Below, piece by piece: positions 18,030 to 28,223 of a stretch of DNA of 31,766 nt. The stretch is taken from NCBI GenBank assembly GCA_004524535.1, contig SDNY01000034.1, positions 1 through 31,766 of the forward strand, read 5' to 3'. Numbering within the stretch: position 1 is the stretch's first letter; the number at the start of each line of letters is the position of its first letter. Both the position numbers and the translations under genes were made by a program. The notes below the pieces were generated by a model. That model did not search any database, was not told the DNA's origin, and was given only the letters and a program-made list of their open reading frames with translations. This stretch comes from Promethearchaeota archaeon. Lineage in GTDB: Archaea; Asgardarchaeota; Lokiarchaeia; Sigyniarchaeales; SOKP01.

Positions 18030-18490
18030 ATATCGGAAAGAATCATGATTATGAAAATCTCCGATTAATTTCTTTACGCATTACTTTATGAGTAAACTTC
18101 ATGATTTCTAATAATTCCTGAGGTAAATCTTTCCATAATCCAAAAGCCTTTCTTATATCTTTTTTTGGTTCTGCTTTAATATCCAATATGCGCTCAATGA
18201 AATCAGAAATAGTTTCATTATCTTTTTTCTTTTCATTTAATTTATTATATACTTCTTCAGAAATATCAATTGTATTATGTGTCATACTTATTCTAACAAA
18301 ATATGTCATTTTAAGTATTTATTCATATCTATAAAAGGCTAAATACTTAAATCATCCAAATAAAAAATCAGGCATTATATGCTAATAAATTTTCTACTGA
18401 CTTTTAAGTTCTCTTAAAATATTATCTAATTTTTTTATTATTCGTTCCTTATAGCCAACTTGATTAGGATATTCATATGAAAATGCTCGC
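18030..18490 (-). repeat. Diverged duplicate of about 15630-16090 (gene 3' end, spacer, vapB, first codons of vapC)
   Basis: Shared blocks such as TGTCATACTTATTCTAACAAAATATGTC and AGTTCTCTTAAAATATT. Confidence 0.85.
18049..18285 (-). CDS. vapB: Orphan VapB antitoxin; its vapC is reduced to about 10 codons (MILSDITSDI*)
   Basis: Paralogue of 15652-15885; ATG at 18285. Confidence 0.82.
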   Translation of the reverse strand: MTHNTIDISEEVYNKLNEKKKDNETISDFIERILDIKAEPKKDIRKAFGLWKDLPQELLEIMKFTHKVMRKEINRRFS

Positions 18491-18616
18491 TAATTAAAAA
18501 TAGAGAATTTATAGATTAATCTTAATATAAAATCACATATTAATTGAAGATATACTCTTTCAAATTATAAGTTTAAAAACTATTAAGTTAAATTAAGAAG
18601 AATGTAAGAAAAAGTC

Positions 18617-19966
18617 ATGAAATCAGAAATAATTGTTGCAGGTGCAGGTCATGGGGGATTAATTACCTCAATTAAATTAGCTAAAAAAGGTTATGATGTG
18701 CATATTTTTGAGAGAAAGAAAAATATTGAAGATCTTTCATGGGATTGGTGTGATATATTTGATTATAATGTTTTTGATAGAATTAAACTTCCTAAACCAG
18801 ATAATTCATTATATGAGATTCCTATTAATATCCAATTTGTATCCCCCGATGAGAAGCATGAATTATTTATAGATTTGCCTGTAGAAAAGAGAGGAATTTC
18901 AATGGAACGCAAGATACTTATAAAATTTTTAATAGAGTTTGCTAAAGATGCAGGAGTAAATATTCATTTAAATGAGAGAGTAGATAAGCCAGTAATAAAA
19001 GAAAAAAAGATAATAGGATTAAAATTAAAAACATCTGAAGTAAAAGGAGATTTAATCATTGATTCTGCTGGAATTAACACTCCTATTAGGACTCAATTAC
19101 CTGAAAATTATGGTCTTAATGAATCCTTGAAAAGAGGTGAAGTTTTCCATACCTATCGAGCTTACTACAACAAATTAGCTAGTGATTCTTATTTCAAAGT
19201 ATGCCTTGGATATAATTACAAACGAGGGATTTCATGGGTAAATACATCAGAGGAATATGTTGATGTTTTGATTGGATACATTGATCATTTTACAAAAGAG
19301 GAATTAAATGAGCTAATTAATTCACTTAAATTTAAGCATTCAGCTATTGGAAATGAATTGTTAAGAGGAGGTATAATAGAGGATATCCCAATACGCAGGA
19401 CAGCTCCCATGCTTGTGGGAGATAATTATGCTGTTATTGGTGATGCAGCCTTCATGGCTACTCCGATATCAGGGTCAGGAATAGCAAATTCTATGATTGC
19501 TGGAGATATTCTTTCAAATACAATTATAAATATTGAGGGAAATACTAATGAAAGATATGACATCTCCAAATTGTGGCCTTATCAAGTAAACTACTATCAA
19601 GAAATCGGGTGTAATATGGCGTTTATTGAAGTAATTAGAAATTTTATGATCGGCTTAAAAAATTTGGGAGGAATTGACTTCTTATTTGAAAAGAAAATAA
19701 TAACAGCGAGTGATATCACATCAAGTTTACAAGGTAATGAGGTAAAAATAAAGCTTTCTGATTTATTACGACGTGGGTTTCGAGGTCTTAAAAAATTTAG
19801 AATTGTCCTGCAGTTAGCTAAAGCTCTAAGTAATGGAGAGAAAGCGAGAAAACATTTTTTCAACATTCCTGAAATATATGATAATAAAGAAGTAAAAAAT
19901 TGGTCAATAAAGGGAAACCGGTTTTTTACTAAATTTTACAAGAAGATGGAATCTATACCAAACTAG
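18617..19966 (+). CDS. Geranylgeranyl-reductase-like FAD oxidoreductase
   Basis: GAGHGG, IDSAG, IGDAAFMATPISGSGI. Confidence 0.88.
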   Translation: MKSEIIVAGAGHGGLITSIKLAKKGYDVHIFERKKNIEDLSWDWCDIFDYNVFDRIKLPKPDNSLYEIPINIQFVSPDEKHELFIDLPVEKRGISMERKILIKFLIEFAKDAGVNIHLNERVDKPVIKEKKIIGLKLKTSEVKGDLIIDSAGINTPIRTQLPENYGLNESLKRGEVFHTYRAYYNKLASDSYFKVCLGYNYKRGISWVNTSEEYVDVLIGYIDHFTKEELNELINSLKFKHSAIGNELLRGGIIEDIPIRRTAPMLVGDNYAVIGDAAFMATPISGSGIANSMIAGDILSNTIINIEGNTNERYDISKLWPYQVNYYQEIGCNMAFIEVIRNFMIGLKNLGGIDFLFEKKIITASDITSSLQGNEVKIKLSDLLRRGFRGLKKFRIVLQLAKALSNGEKARKHFFNIPEIYDNKEVKNWSIKGNRFFTKFYKKMESIPN

Positions 19967-19974
19967 TGATTGAC

Positions 19975-20409
19975 CTAAATATTATAAGGTAATGGATAAT
20001 ATCCTTTCTCAGCTTTTAACCGTCTTATAGCATCTTCTAATATATTAATAATACGCTCTTTATAGCCAATTTGATTAGGATACTCATAAGAAAACGTGCG
20101 CCAGTATGGTCTTTTATGCCCAACTTTAAATTTTACTCCTTTCATTGATGTCATATAAGAATTCGCATCTAATTTAGTAGCAATTTGGTCCGCAATGATA
20201 TACCAATGAAATTGTGTTTTGATACCTGCACCGGTGTTCATAGGAGCGCTGTGCGCTCTTGTCTTGATAGCATTAAACTTTATTTGCCATCTATCGGGTG
20301 CTTTTTTAATTTCATACCATTTACTATCAGAATAATTCCAATAATGAGAGGCCCCTATTTTCATGCCAGTATATACTTGACCATTATGTTTTTTAAGTGT
20401 ATTATACAT
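19975..20409 (-). CDS. Hypothetical protein, aromatic-rich (YTGMKIGASHYWNY)
   Basis: 144-aa ORF with GGTGA leader; partial paralogous copies nearby keep the frame. Confidence 0.8.
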   Translation of the reverse strand: MYNTLKKHNGQVYTGMKIGASHYWNYSDSKWYEIKKAPDRWQIKFNAIKTRAHSAPMNTGAGIKTQFHWYIIADQIATKLDANSYMTSMKGVKFKVGHKRPYWRTFSYEYPNQIGYKERIINILEDAIRRLKAEKGYYPLPYNI

Positions 20410-20745
20410 TTCTTAATTCACCATCTCAATATTTAAATTTCTAACTTTTAAGCTAGATCTTTTTTAATTCTATTGTTTGTGAAAAAGAGAATATTATATA
20501 AATATACTAAAAGACACAAGATTTATCGTTAATTAATTCAGAATTTTAAAAATTCTAAGCACCTCTTAAATATAAAAAATTTGAATAACAAATTGTAAAA
20601 TACAGATATTTATATTTAACGGATTTTGTCGGAATATATTTTTCGTTCAATAATAATATTAAAAGCTCTTGCAAATATTAATATATAGCAATCTTTCATG
20701 TAATTAATAGTTAAAAACGAAATTAGCAATTAATAATAGATTAGT

Positions 20746-21978
20746 ATGCCAGAAATAAATAAGGATCTCTATTTTAAAAAAATATCACCCAAAGAGATTA
20801 ATATCAATAAAGAAGATATATTTTATCGTGATAAATATAATGAGATAATTAATTACATAAAAGTAATATTAACTGATTCAGAGAATTTAGAATTCACTAA
20901 ATATTTAAAACCTAAAGGAACTTTACTAATTAACATTCAACCTGGAACTGATATTATAGATTTTTTAAAGCTAATCTCAAGTAACTATTATTTAGATTTC
21001 ATAGAATTAATTAATACTGATTTTATAACTCAAAATGATAATTTTAAAAAATTTGTTAACATCTTAGAAAACATAGAAAAATATGATGTTATTGAACCAA
21101 ATGATAAAGAGCTTAATAAAAATGATGTGAGAAAACAGATAATTTTAATTAATCAGCCTTATAATTATGATTTTAATGGATCATTAAAATTTGAAAGCCT
21201 TATGCAGAGATTTATTAACCACTTTAAAAATAACATAAATAAAATAAATTTCATTGAAAAAGATTTTATTTTGATATGGCTTAATTATGATTACAAGGAG
21301 ATTTATAGATTTTCAAGTGATATTTTTGAAATATTTGATTTATTCATTAAAATTCCAGTATTGAATAGATTTGAACGTGAGACCGTTCTCAGGAATTTTT
21401 CAGAAAAAAATACAAAAATAGTTTTTGATATTAATGCCATTCTTAATTCCACTGAAAATTGGGAAGTCAAGGATATAAAGCAATTGTTAAAAATTGCGAT
21501 TTTTAAGCATCATTTAAATTCTGATTTGAATACGGTAAGCAATGAGATTACTGATACCATAATAGATCTCATTGAAACAGGAGAATTTATCCCATCAACA
21601 GTTATAAATGATAGAGTAACGATGATAAAAGATAATACGGAAGATATAATTCAAGATACGACCGTCCAGAGTACTGAGGTTAAAGAAAAAGATGTTAAGA
21701 ATTTACTGGATAAAGATGCGATTATTAATGGAATACGTGAAATGGGTCTTTCAGAATTTATGCTCAATCAATTATATGAAAATGCAGCTTCAAAGAATTA
21801 TAATGAGTTACTGATTATTATAGATAAACTACAGAAGAATGAAGTTCTAGAGGATAATGAGAGAAAAATTTTAGCGAGATATCCTTTCATTTTGAACGAT
21901 ACTCCTAATATTGCGAGTCTAAATTTGGAGAAAGCCAAGAAAAGAGTAGATCTTTTGAAGAACGCATTTGGAAAATGA
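20746..21978 (+). CDS. Degenerate AAA+-like protein (no Walker A/B)
   Basis: PKGTLLINIQPGT (cf. PKGILLxGPPGTGKT), FDLFIKIP..ERETVL, lid-like KDIKQLL. Confidence 0.6.
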   Translation: MPEINKDLYFKKISPKEININKEDIFYRDKYNEIINYIKVILTDSENLEFTKYLKPKGTLLINIQPGTDIIDFLKLISSNYYLDFIELINTDFITQNDNFKKFVNILENIEKYDVIEPNDKELNKNDVRKQIILINQPYNYDFNGSLKFESLMQRFINHFKNNINKINFIEKDFILIWLNYDYKEIYRFSSDIFEIFDLFIKIPVLNRFERETVLRNFSEKNTKIVFDINAILNSTENWEVKDIKQLLKIAIFKHHLNSDLNTVSNEITDTIIDLIETGEFIPSTVINDRVTMIKDNTEDIIQDTTVQSTEVKEKDVKNLLDKDAIINGIREMGLSEFMLNQLYENAASKNYNELLIIIDKLQKNEVLEDNERKILARYPFILNDTPNIASLNLEKAKKRVDLLKNAFGK

Positions 21979-22002
21979 TTATAAGTTTTTTAAAGATAAA
22001 TT

Positions 22003-25000
22003 ATGAGTAGTAAGGGCCAGATTAAGGAAAATCTCATTGATGGAGTATATATCAGAAAGGTTATTTTAGAAAATTTCTTATCGTTTCAAAGGGATGAGGT
22101 AGATTTTGAAAAGGGAAAATTTTGTTTAATAATCGGTCCTAATTGGTCGGGAAAAACTTCCATTTACCAAGCGATTAAATTTGGTTTAGGAAGCAATGAA
22201 AGAGACGAGCGCTACTCAAGATGGTCGGACTTTATTAGACATGGTCAAAATCATGCAATGGCTGAGATCCATATTCAAAACCAAGATGAGCTAATCCAAA
22301 TTAGAAGAACTGTGATAAGAGGACAATCACCATACTTTTCAATCAAGGGAAGTGATGATGCCGATTTTAAGCGGATAAACGTTCAAGAACTTCAAGAATT
22401 AATTAAAGATTTGAATTACAATCCTGATAATCATTTTGCGTTCGTAAGCCAGGGAAAAATTGATTTAATTAAAAATTTAAAACCAACTGAATTATGTACT
22501 TTTCTTGAGGAAGGCATTGGTCTTAAAGGATTACGAGAAGAGATCTTACAACAGAAAAAAAATGTTCTTAGCATGAACAAGGAATTACAGTCCATTTCTA
22601 ACAAGAGGAATGTTCTCAATATAAGCTTGGAATTATTACAACCTAAACTTGAACGCTTGGAACAGAAAAAAAAATTGGTCGAAATCAAGAATGGCTATGA
22701 AGATGAGCTTTTATGGGCAAATAGATATAAGTTACAAGATGAAATAAAAACTCTAAAAAGAAATATCCTAAAAATTCAAGTAGCTATTGATGAAATTAAG
22801 AAATCTAAGGCAAATATTGAAAAGTCTATTAAAATCGTGGAGGAACAAATATTAAAAATAGATGAAAACGTTAATAATCTTTCAGTTAAGATTGGAGAGA
22901 AAACATTTAGGAAAAAACAATTAATCGATAGAATTCAGAGTTGGCAGAATGAGAAAGTAAGAAAAAAGCAGGAACTTGATGTATTATCAGATAAAATATC
23001 CAAATTAGAAAAAGTCTTGAATAATTACAAGAGCCAAAAAACAAGTATCGACAATGAGATTAAGATTATTAATCAAGAAAAAACCAACATAGAGACTAAG
23101 ATCGATAACCTCATAAAAGAGCAGAACGCGCTAACACAAAAAATAAAGCGTAATGAAGAATTCTTGGCAAAATATAATCAATTGATTTCTGATAAAAAGG
23201 AAAAGAAAACTCTAATTCAACAAAACAATGATGAAATAAAAAGTCTAAATAATGAGATCAGCCAAATATTTCAGAGTTTTAAGGATATTGAGCATAAATT
23301 AGAAAAACATAAATGGTTTTTAGAAAATCCAACGAAAAATCTTTTATCTAAACTTGATCAAGAATTAAAGGTAGCTAGGAATGAGCTTTTTACGCTTGAT
23401 ACCAATATTCAAGACCTTGAAAGAGAAAAATATAAAAAGATAAATAGATTAAAGCCTCTGCAAGTTTCTCTGAGGGAGCGGCGTATAATTCTTCCGTCTC
23501 AGATTACGATTCTAAAAGAGGAAATAAGAAAGCGAGAGCTTAATGTAAAGGGTCCCATTATTGAATATTTAAAATATGACGATAGGTTATCCTATGCGAT
23601 AGAATCTGTCTTGGGGGAAAAGTTATTATATAGCTTTATTGCAGATAATTGGGATACATTGGAATTATTAAAAAGACTTAAAAACAAATATAAAGCATAT
23701 TGTAACATTTATGTTCCTAAAGAGCAAAAAATCTCACCTTTACCTTCAATAACTGGTTCTGGTGTAATAGGTTATTTAGCTGAGCTAATTAAAGTCATTG
23801 ATAATGATATAGATATTAAAAAAGTATTATATTCAAAAATAAAAAACTGTTTAGTGGTTAAGGATTATCGTTCTGGAAAAGAAACGTATCAAAAATACAA
23901 TTTTAAAGGAAAATGTGTAACCTTAAAAGGAGAGCAGATAATTTCTTATAAGTATGTCTATGAAACTCCATTTTTAAAGAATTTAAAAGGCCTATTAAGT
24001 GCGGGGACACAAGAAGAACAAGCAAGTAAATTAGAGTCTGAAATAAGCGCGTTAAATGAACGAATATTAGAATTAAGAGTTCAAGCTTCAAAATTGGATG
24101 AAAAACAGCGAGATTTATTTGGGAAAAAAGAAACTTTCAACGATTTATTATATAGCTTTAATCAAAGACAACGATTAACTACAAAAAAGAACAATTTATA
24201 TGACCAACGTTCAAAATTGGCTGATCTAAATAATTCGATTCAAGAAGAAATCAAGACATTAAATACCTCAATAAAAAAGTTAGAATCCCAAAAAGATCCC
24301 GAATTTTTTAAATGGAATAAGAGAATAAAGAAAATTCCCGAAGAATTAAATAATCTTAATGATGAAAAGAAAAAATGGGATACATCATTAATAGAAAAGC
24401 AGGAAATTCTTAACGAAGTCGCTTCACGATTGAAAACACACAGAGATTCCTTGAATGAAATTAAAAAGGATTTTAAGACAAAACAAGATAATTTTCAGAA
24501 GGCAGATAATGAAGCATTTGAAGTATATCGAGAATTAGAAGTTATCGATGATGAACTTAATTCTATTGATGAGCAGACAGTAAATCTGAAGGAAGAAAAA
24601 AGCAAAGTTCTAGAAGAGAAAAGAGCTTTAGATAAAACTAACCTTCAAATAAGTCTTAATTTAGAACAGGAAAATACCCAATTAAATTATTCTAAACAAG
24701 AATTAGAAAGTAAAGAAGAAGATTTAGAACGAATTAATACTAAAATCGGACCATTAATCTCTAAAGAAGAAATTAAGATTCGCCCAATAGAAGAAATTAA
24801 AAATGATATTTTACTAATTGATAAAAAATTGATGAAATATTTAGATGTGGATGATTCTATTTTAGTTGAAAAGGACCAGATATTAGAGGGATTAAAGGAA
24901 ATCTCATTAAATCAAAAGGAATTAGAAAAGGATATTAAAGCGGCTCTAAATACAGAAAAGAAAATGGAAACAACGTATAATGATAAGTTTAAAGTAGTTC

Positions 25001-25455
25001 TCAATGATTTAAAGACCAAAATTAATCGAAAATTTAAATCATCTCAAATCAATGAATATTGCTCTCTTGAATTAATAGGAGATTTTGAGGAACTGGGTGT
25101 AGATATTAAAGCTTCAACTACAAGAAAGCAGCTTGTATCATGTTCAGCTTTAAGCGGAGGCCAAGTTTCTATGATATCTATTTGTTTAATGCTTTCTTTG
25201 CAAGAAATAAAACCTTCTCCTCTATGTATGTTTGATGAGGCGGCTATGTTCCTTGATGATAAAAATTCGGAAGCAGTATATCAAATGATAAAAGCTACTT
25301 TAGAAGAAAATCCTGCCATTCAATTATTTCTATTTTTACCTACATCCTCAAAATCGTTGTATTTACTCGCGGATAAAATAATTGGTGTGGCGAGAGTTGG
25401 AAAAAATGAGGTTTCAACAATATTCAAACCAAAAATTATAAAGAAAAAGCATTAA
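22003..25455 (+). CDS. smc: SMC-family ATPase, Smc5/6-like
   Basis: LENFLSF, GPNWSGKT, Q-loop VSQG, coiled coils, hinge GPIIEYL..AIESVLG..VTLKGE, LSGGQ, PLCMFDE. Confidence 0.93.
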   Translation: MSSKGQIKENLIDGVYIRKVILENFLSFQRDEVDFEKGKFCLIIGPNWSGKTSIYQAIKFGLGSNERDERYSRWSDFIRHGQNHAMAEIHIQNQDELIQIRRTVIRGQSPYFSIKGSDDADFKRINVQELQELIKDLNYNPDNHFAFVSQGKIDLIKNLKPTELCTFLEEGIGLKGLREEILQQKKNVLSMNKELQSISNKRNVLNISLELLQPKLERLEQKKKLVEIKNGYEDELLWANRYKLQDEIKTLKRNILKIQVAIDEIKKSKANIEKSIKIVEEQILKIDENVNNLSVKIGEKTFRKKQLIDRIQSWQNEKVRKKQELDVLSDKISKLEKVLNNYKSQKTSIDNEIKIINQEKTNIETKIDNLIKEQNALTQKIKRNEEFLAKYNQLISDKKEKKTLIQQNNDEIKSLNNEISQIFQSFKDIEHKLEKHKWFLENPTKNLLSKLDQELKVARNELFTLDTNIQDLEREKYKKINRLKPLQVSLRERRIILPSQITILKEEIRKRELNVKGPIIEYLKYDDRLSYAIESVLGEKLLYSFIADNWDTLELLKRLKNKYKAYCNIYVPKEQKISPLPSITGSGVIGYLAELIKVIDNDIDIKKVLYSKIKNCLVVKDYRSGKETYQKYNFKGKCVTLKGEQIISYKYVYETPFLKNLKGLLSAGTQEEQASKLESEISALNERILELRVQASKLDEKQRDLFGKKETFNDLLYSFNQRQRLTTKKNNLYDQRSKLADLNNSIQEEIKTLNTSIKKLESQKDPEFFKWNKRIKKIPEELNNLNDEKKKWDTSLIEKQEILNEVASRLKTHRDSLNEIKKDFKTKQDNFQKADNEAFEVYRELEVIDDELNSIDEQTVNLKEEKSKVLEEKRALDKTNLQISLNLEQENTQLNYSKQELESKEEDLERINTKIGPLISKEEIKIRPIEEIKNDILLIDKKLMKYLDVDDSILVEKDQILEGLKEISLNQKELEKDIKAALNTEKKMETTYNDKFKVVLNDLKTKINRKFKSSQINEYCSLELIGDFEELGVDIKASTTRKQLVSCSALSGGQVSMISICLMLSLQEIKPSPLCMFDEAAMFLDDKNSEAVYQMIKATLEENPAIQLFLFLPTSSKSLYLLADKIIGVARVGKNEVSTIFKPKIIKKKH

Positions 25456-26103
25456 ATGATAGAAGATAATCTTTTAGAGGAATTAGATAAGAGAATAAAG
25501 GATGTTCACGATGGTATTCTCGAAGGTAAGATTTCACTCTTAGATTTGGATTTAGTTCCAATGTTTAATCAAATAAGAGATACTTTAAACATTGATAATC
25601 TTGATAAAGAATCGTTAATCTACAAACATACATGTGATATTCTTAACCAAAAGTTTGATGAGCTTAAAAAGTTGCTGAGTTCATTAGATACTCAAGAAAA
25701 GTTCACACAATATATGAATTCAAAACCAAGCGACGCCGAAATATATGATTTATTTGAAGGATGTTGGAGTAGGATCTTCACATTAGATGCTCTCTCCATG
25801 GACTTTTTAGAAATTTCAAAAGAAAGACTAAGTAAACTCATAAGGGAGTCATATTCTATTGAACATTTACAAAAGACGGATGAAGGAGGCGATTTTATAT
25901 TGGAAGTTCCAAAACTCAAATTTTCTGAAAAGATGATGGAATTCTTTAATTCCATTCAAGATAAATTACCATGCTCATTCGAAGCGATTTTTGAGGATGA
26001 GTCAGATCAAACAGAAATTTTTGAAAAGTTCGTCTTTCTTTTACATCTTCTTCAATTAGGTATAATTAAATATCAAAAAGAAACAAATACTCTATACAAA
26101 TAA
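25456..26103 (+). CDS. Kleisin (ScpA-like)
   Basis: Abuts smc; GKISLLDLDL N-terminus; C-terminal wHTH FEKFVFLLHLLQLGII. Confidence 0.75.
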   Translation: MIEDNLLEELDKRIKDVHDGILEGKISLLDLDLVPMFNQIRDTLNIDNLDKESLIYKHTCDILNQKFDELKKLLSSLDTQEKFTQYMNSKPSDAEIYDLFEGCWSRIFTLDALSMDFLEISKERLSKLIRESYSIEHLQKTDEGGDFILEVPKLKFSEKMMEFFNSIQDKLPCSFEAIFEDESDQTEIFEKFVFLLHLLQLGIIKYQKETNTLYK

Positions 26104-26107
26104 AGAG

Positions 26108-26641
26108 TTGGTTTATAAATTGAATGAAATATCAATTTTAATGCATTTATTAAGTAATAAAATAGGATTACATCAAGTTGGAGCTACAGAAGAACAAGTT
26201 CTGCAAGCATTGAATATTACAGGGAAGAATAGAACATATTATTTTCAAGATTTACTCACCAATTTATCTAAATATATAGAACCTTTAGGATTAGAGGTGA
26301 AATATAATCCTATAGACTCACACTGGTTTCTTTCTTTTGATTCTGAAATTTCAGATACTATTTCTGCAAATCCCTTCGAAGGAAAACCAAGATTAGCTGC
26401 GACTTTATTCTGTGTGCTTGTCTGCTGTCTTCAAAATGCGGGTATTGGAAAAATTCAGGATATCAAAAAACTTCGAAATAAAAAGAAGATAATGGAAGAT
26501 TTGAAAGAGTTAGAACAATTCGGGTATATTGAAATATTGAAAAATGCTTCTCAAATTCAATTGACACCATTAATAGGCTATCAATTGAATATGGAGAAAT
26601 TATTCATTAAGATGGCTTTAAAATTGAAAAAATTAGAATAA
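26108..26641 (+). CDS. KITE tandem winged-helix subunit (ScpB/Nse1-like)
   Basis: LTNLSKYIEPLGLEV..HWFL; LAATLFCV; LKELEQFGYI; operon position. Confidence 0.7.
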   Translation: MVYKLNEISILMHLLSNKIGLHQVGATEEQVLQALNITGKNRTYYFQDLLTNLSKYIEPLGLEVKYNPIDSHWFLSFDSEISDTISANPFEGKPRLAATLFCVLVCCLQNAGIGKIQDIKKLRNKKKIMEDLKELEQFGYIEILKNASQIQLTPLIGYQLNMEKLFIKMALKLKKLE

Positions 26642-26900
26642 GTATGTAAGAAAAGATTAATCTGTTTTTTAATTACTCGTACAAATTTTTAATATCATTT
26701 CGGCAACAACGTTATTATAGGATTCATTATTAACAAAACCTTTAATATAGTTTAAAATTAAGACGAGATATCACTTTTAAAAAGATTTTTTCTATAATAT
26801 AATGAATGAATTAAAAATTCTAAAGAATAAAATATATGAATATTTAATAGTATATATTACATATAATTAAGTATTTTTTTATAATTATTGTTGATAAGAT

Positions 26901-27149
26901 ATGAATGTTTCAATAGAACGAGAAACATTAAAAGAATTGATTACTTTCAAACTTCAGCATTTACAAGATTTAATTAATTCTATTTTGGATAAATGGGATG
27001 AAAATAATTCTGATGATTTTATTTCCAAAGCAAAAAGGGGGATTCTTGAAAACGCCGAAATGGACGCGATTACAATGCGTCAACTTATTGCTGATTATAA
27101 TAAATTAAAAAAACTTTTTCATTCAGTATCTTCTGGAGAAACAAAGTGA
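26901..27149 (+). CDS. Putative antitoxin
   Basis: 82 aa, ILDKW..DDFISKAKRG..EMDAI; 4-nt overlap with the DUF6516-like gene. Confidence 0.6.
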   Translation: MNVSIERETLKELITFKLQHLQDLINSILDKWDENNSDDFISKAKRGILENAEMDAITMRQLIADYNKLKKLFHSVSSGETK

Positions 27150-27508
27150 TCTCTCATCTTTCATTTCTTCGGGAAGCTAGAGCTTTACTTGTTGATTTAT
27201 TAGGTGTGGATATTAGAGAAGATGAATTAGATGAAACTCTCTCTCAATTAAAAATCACTTTCAAATCAGGTTTAATTCTATATATAAAGTACAATGAATT
27301 TGGCGAGTATGGATATCAAATTATTCATTCTCCTCAAAAAAATGATTTTTCCAGATTTGATAATTTCGATGATAGATGGAATGTCTCGACTAGCCCACAC
27401 CATTTCCATAAAAGAGGAAAAAGAAAGGCTGTTGCTAGCTCCATGATCGGAAACCCTAACCACGATATACCAATCCTTATTAAATATATTAAAGAAGGTA
27501 AATTTTGA
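27146..27508 (+). CDS. DUF6516/TumE-like putative toxin
   Basis: EYGYQ, RFDNFD, STSPHHFH. Confidence 0.7.
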   Translation: MISHLSFLREARALLVDLLGVDIREDELDETLSQLKITFKSGLILYIKYNEFGEYGYQIIHSPQKNDFSRFDNFDDRWNVSTSPHHFHKRGKRKAVASSMIGNPNHDIPILIKYIKEGKF

Positions 27509-27573
27509 GAAAATAATTAGAAATTATTTTATCTACTGAAATTAAAAAAATTATGGTTAAAAAAAGAAGTTAT

Positions 27574-28221
27574 CTAACCCGTCGCAGTACAGATTTCTAA
27601 GATCATTTCCGCAACCGCATTATTATACGTCTCAATATCCGCAAAGCCTTCCACTGTCTCTCCGCACGTAATATAGGTTTCCTTTACCTCAATTTTTCTC
27701 TTAGTAAAGTAATCTACTATTTTCTTCTTTGATGCTTCGAGTTTCTTTTCCTTCTCCGCCTTACTTCCTTCCATCAAATCAAATTTGTTTATACAAACAT
27801 AGATGGCCTTCGGAAAGAACCGAACATCCATAAAAAACTTTAACTGATCCTCTATCGGACGATCCATCGAAAATACCGCCACAATCTGCGTAGCAATCCG
27901 GGAGATCGTGATAATCCCCATTTTGACCACAGCCCTTGAAGAATCGCCGCCTGGGGCGAAGATGGTATGAGCTTTGTTAGTTTTGTCGTCTCTAAAAACT
28001 ATACGATTAGGATGGATGGTTTTCGTTTCTTTTTCATTGAGCGCGTCTTCTTTTTTACCTCCGGGAACTGTTGCCTCACCGCTGAAGTCCGTCTTCATTA
28101 CAGTGCATTTTGTACCTCCTTCCACATTTTCGATATCACCTTTATTTAGATATCTGACGAATAACCGTAATAGGGAAGTCTTTCCAACGCTTATATCTCC
28201 AAGCAAACCAATATTGACCAT
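27574..28221 (-). CDS. Ras-superfamily small GTPase, MglA-like
   Basis: G1 GDISVGKT, G2 region TKTI, G3 replaced by APGG, G4 NKFD; GGAGG leader. Confidence 0.85.
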   Translation of the reverse strand: MVNIGLLGDISVGKTSLLRLFVRYLNKGDIENVEGGTKCTVMKTDFSGEATVPGGKKEDALNEKETKTIHPNRIVFRDDKTNKAHTIFAPGGDSSRAVVKMGIITISRIATQIVAVFSMDRPIEDQLKFFMDVRFFPKAIYVCINKFDLMEGSKAEKEKKLEASKKKIVDYFTKRKIEVKETYITCGETVEGFADIETYNNAVAEMILEICTATG

Positions 28222-28223
28222 TT

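Noticed and set aside
22003-26641. Wadjet (JetABCD) defence system
   Set aside because: Gene order and sizes differ and no Toprim JetD is visible
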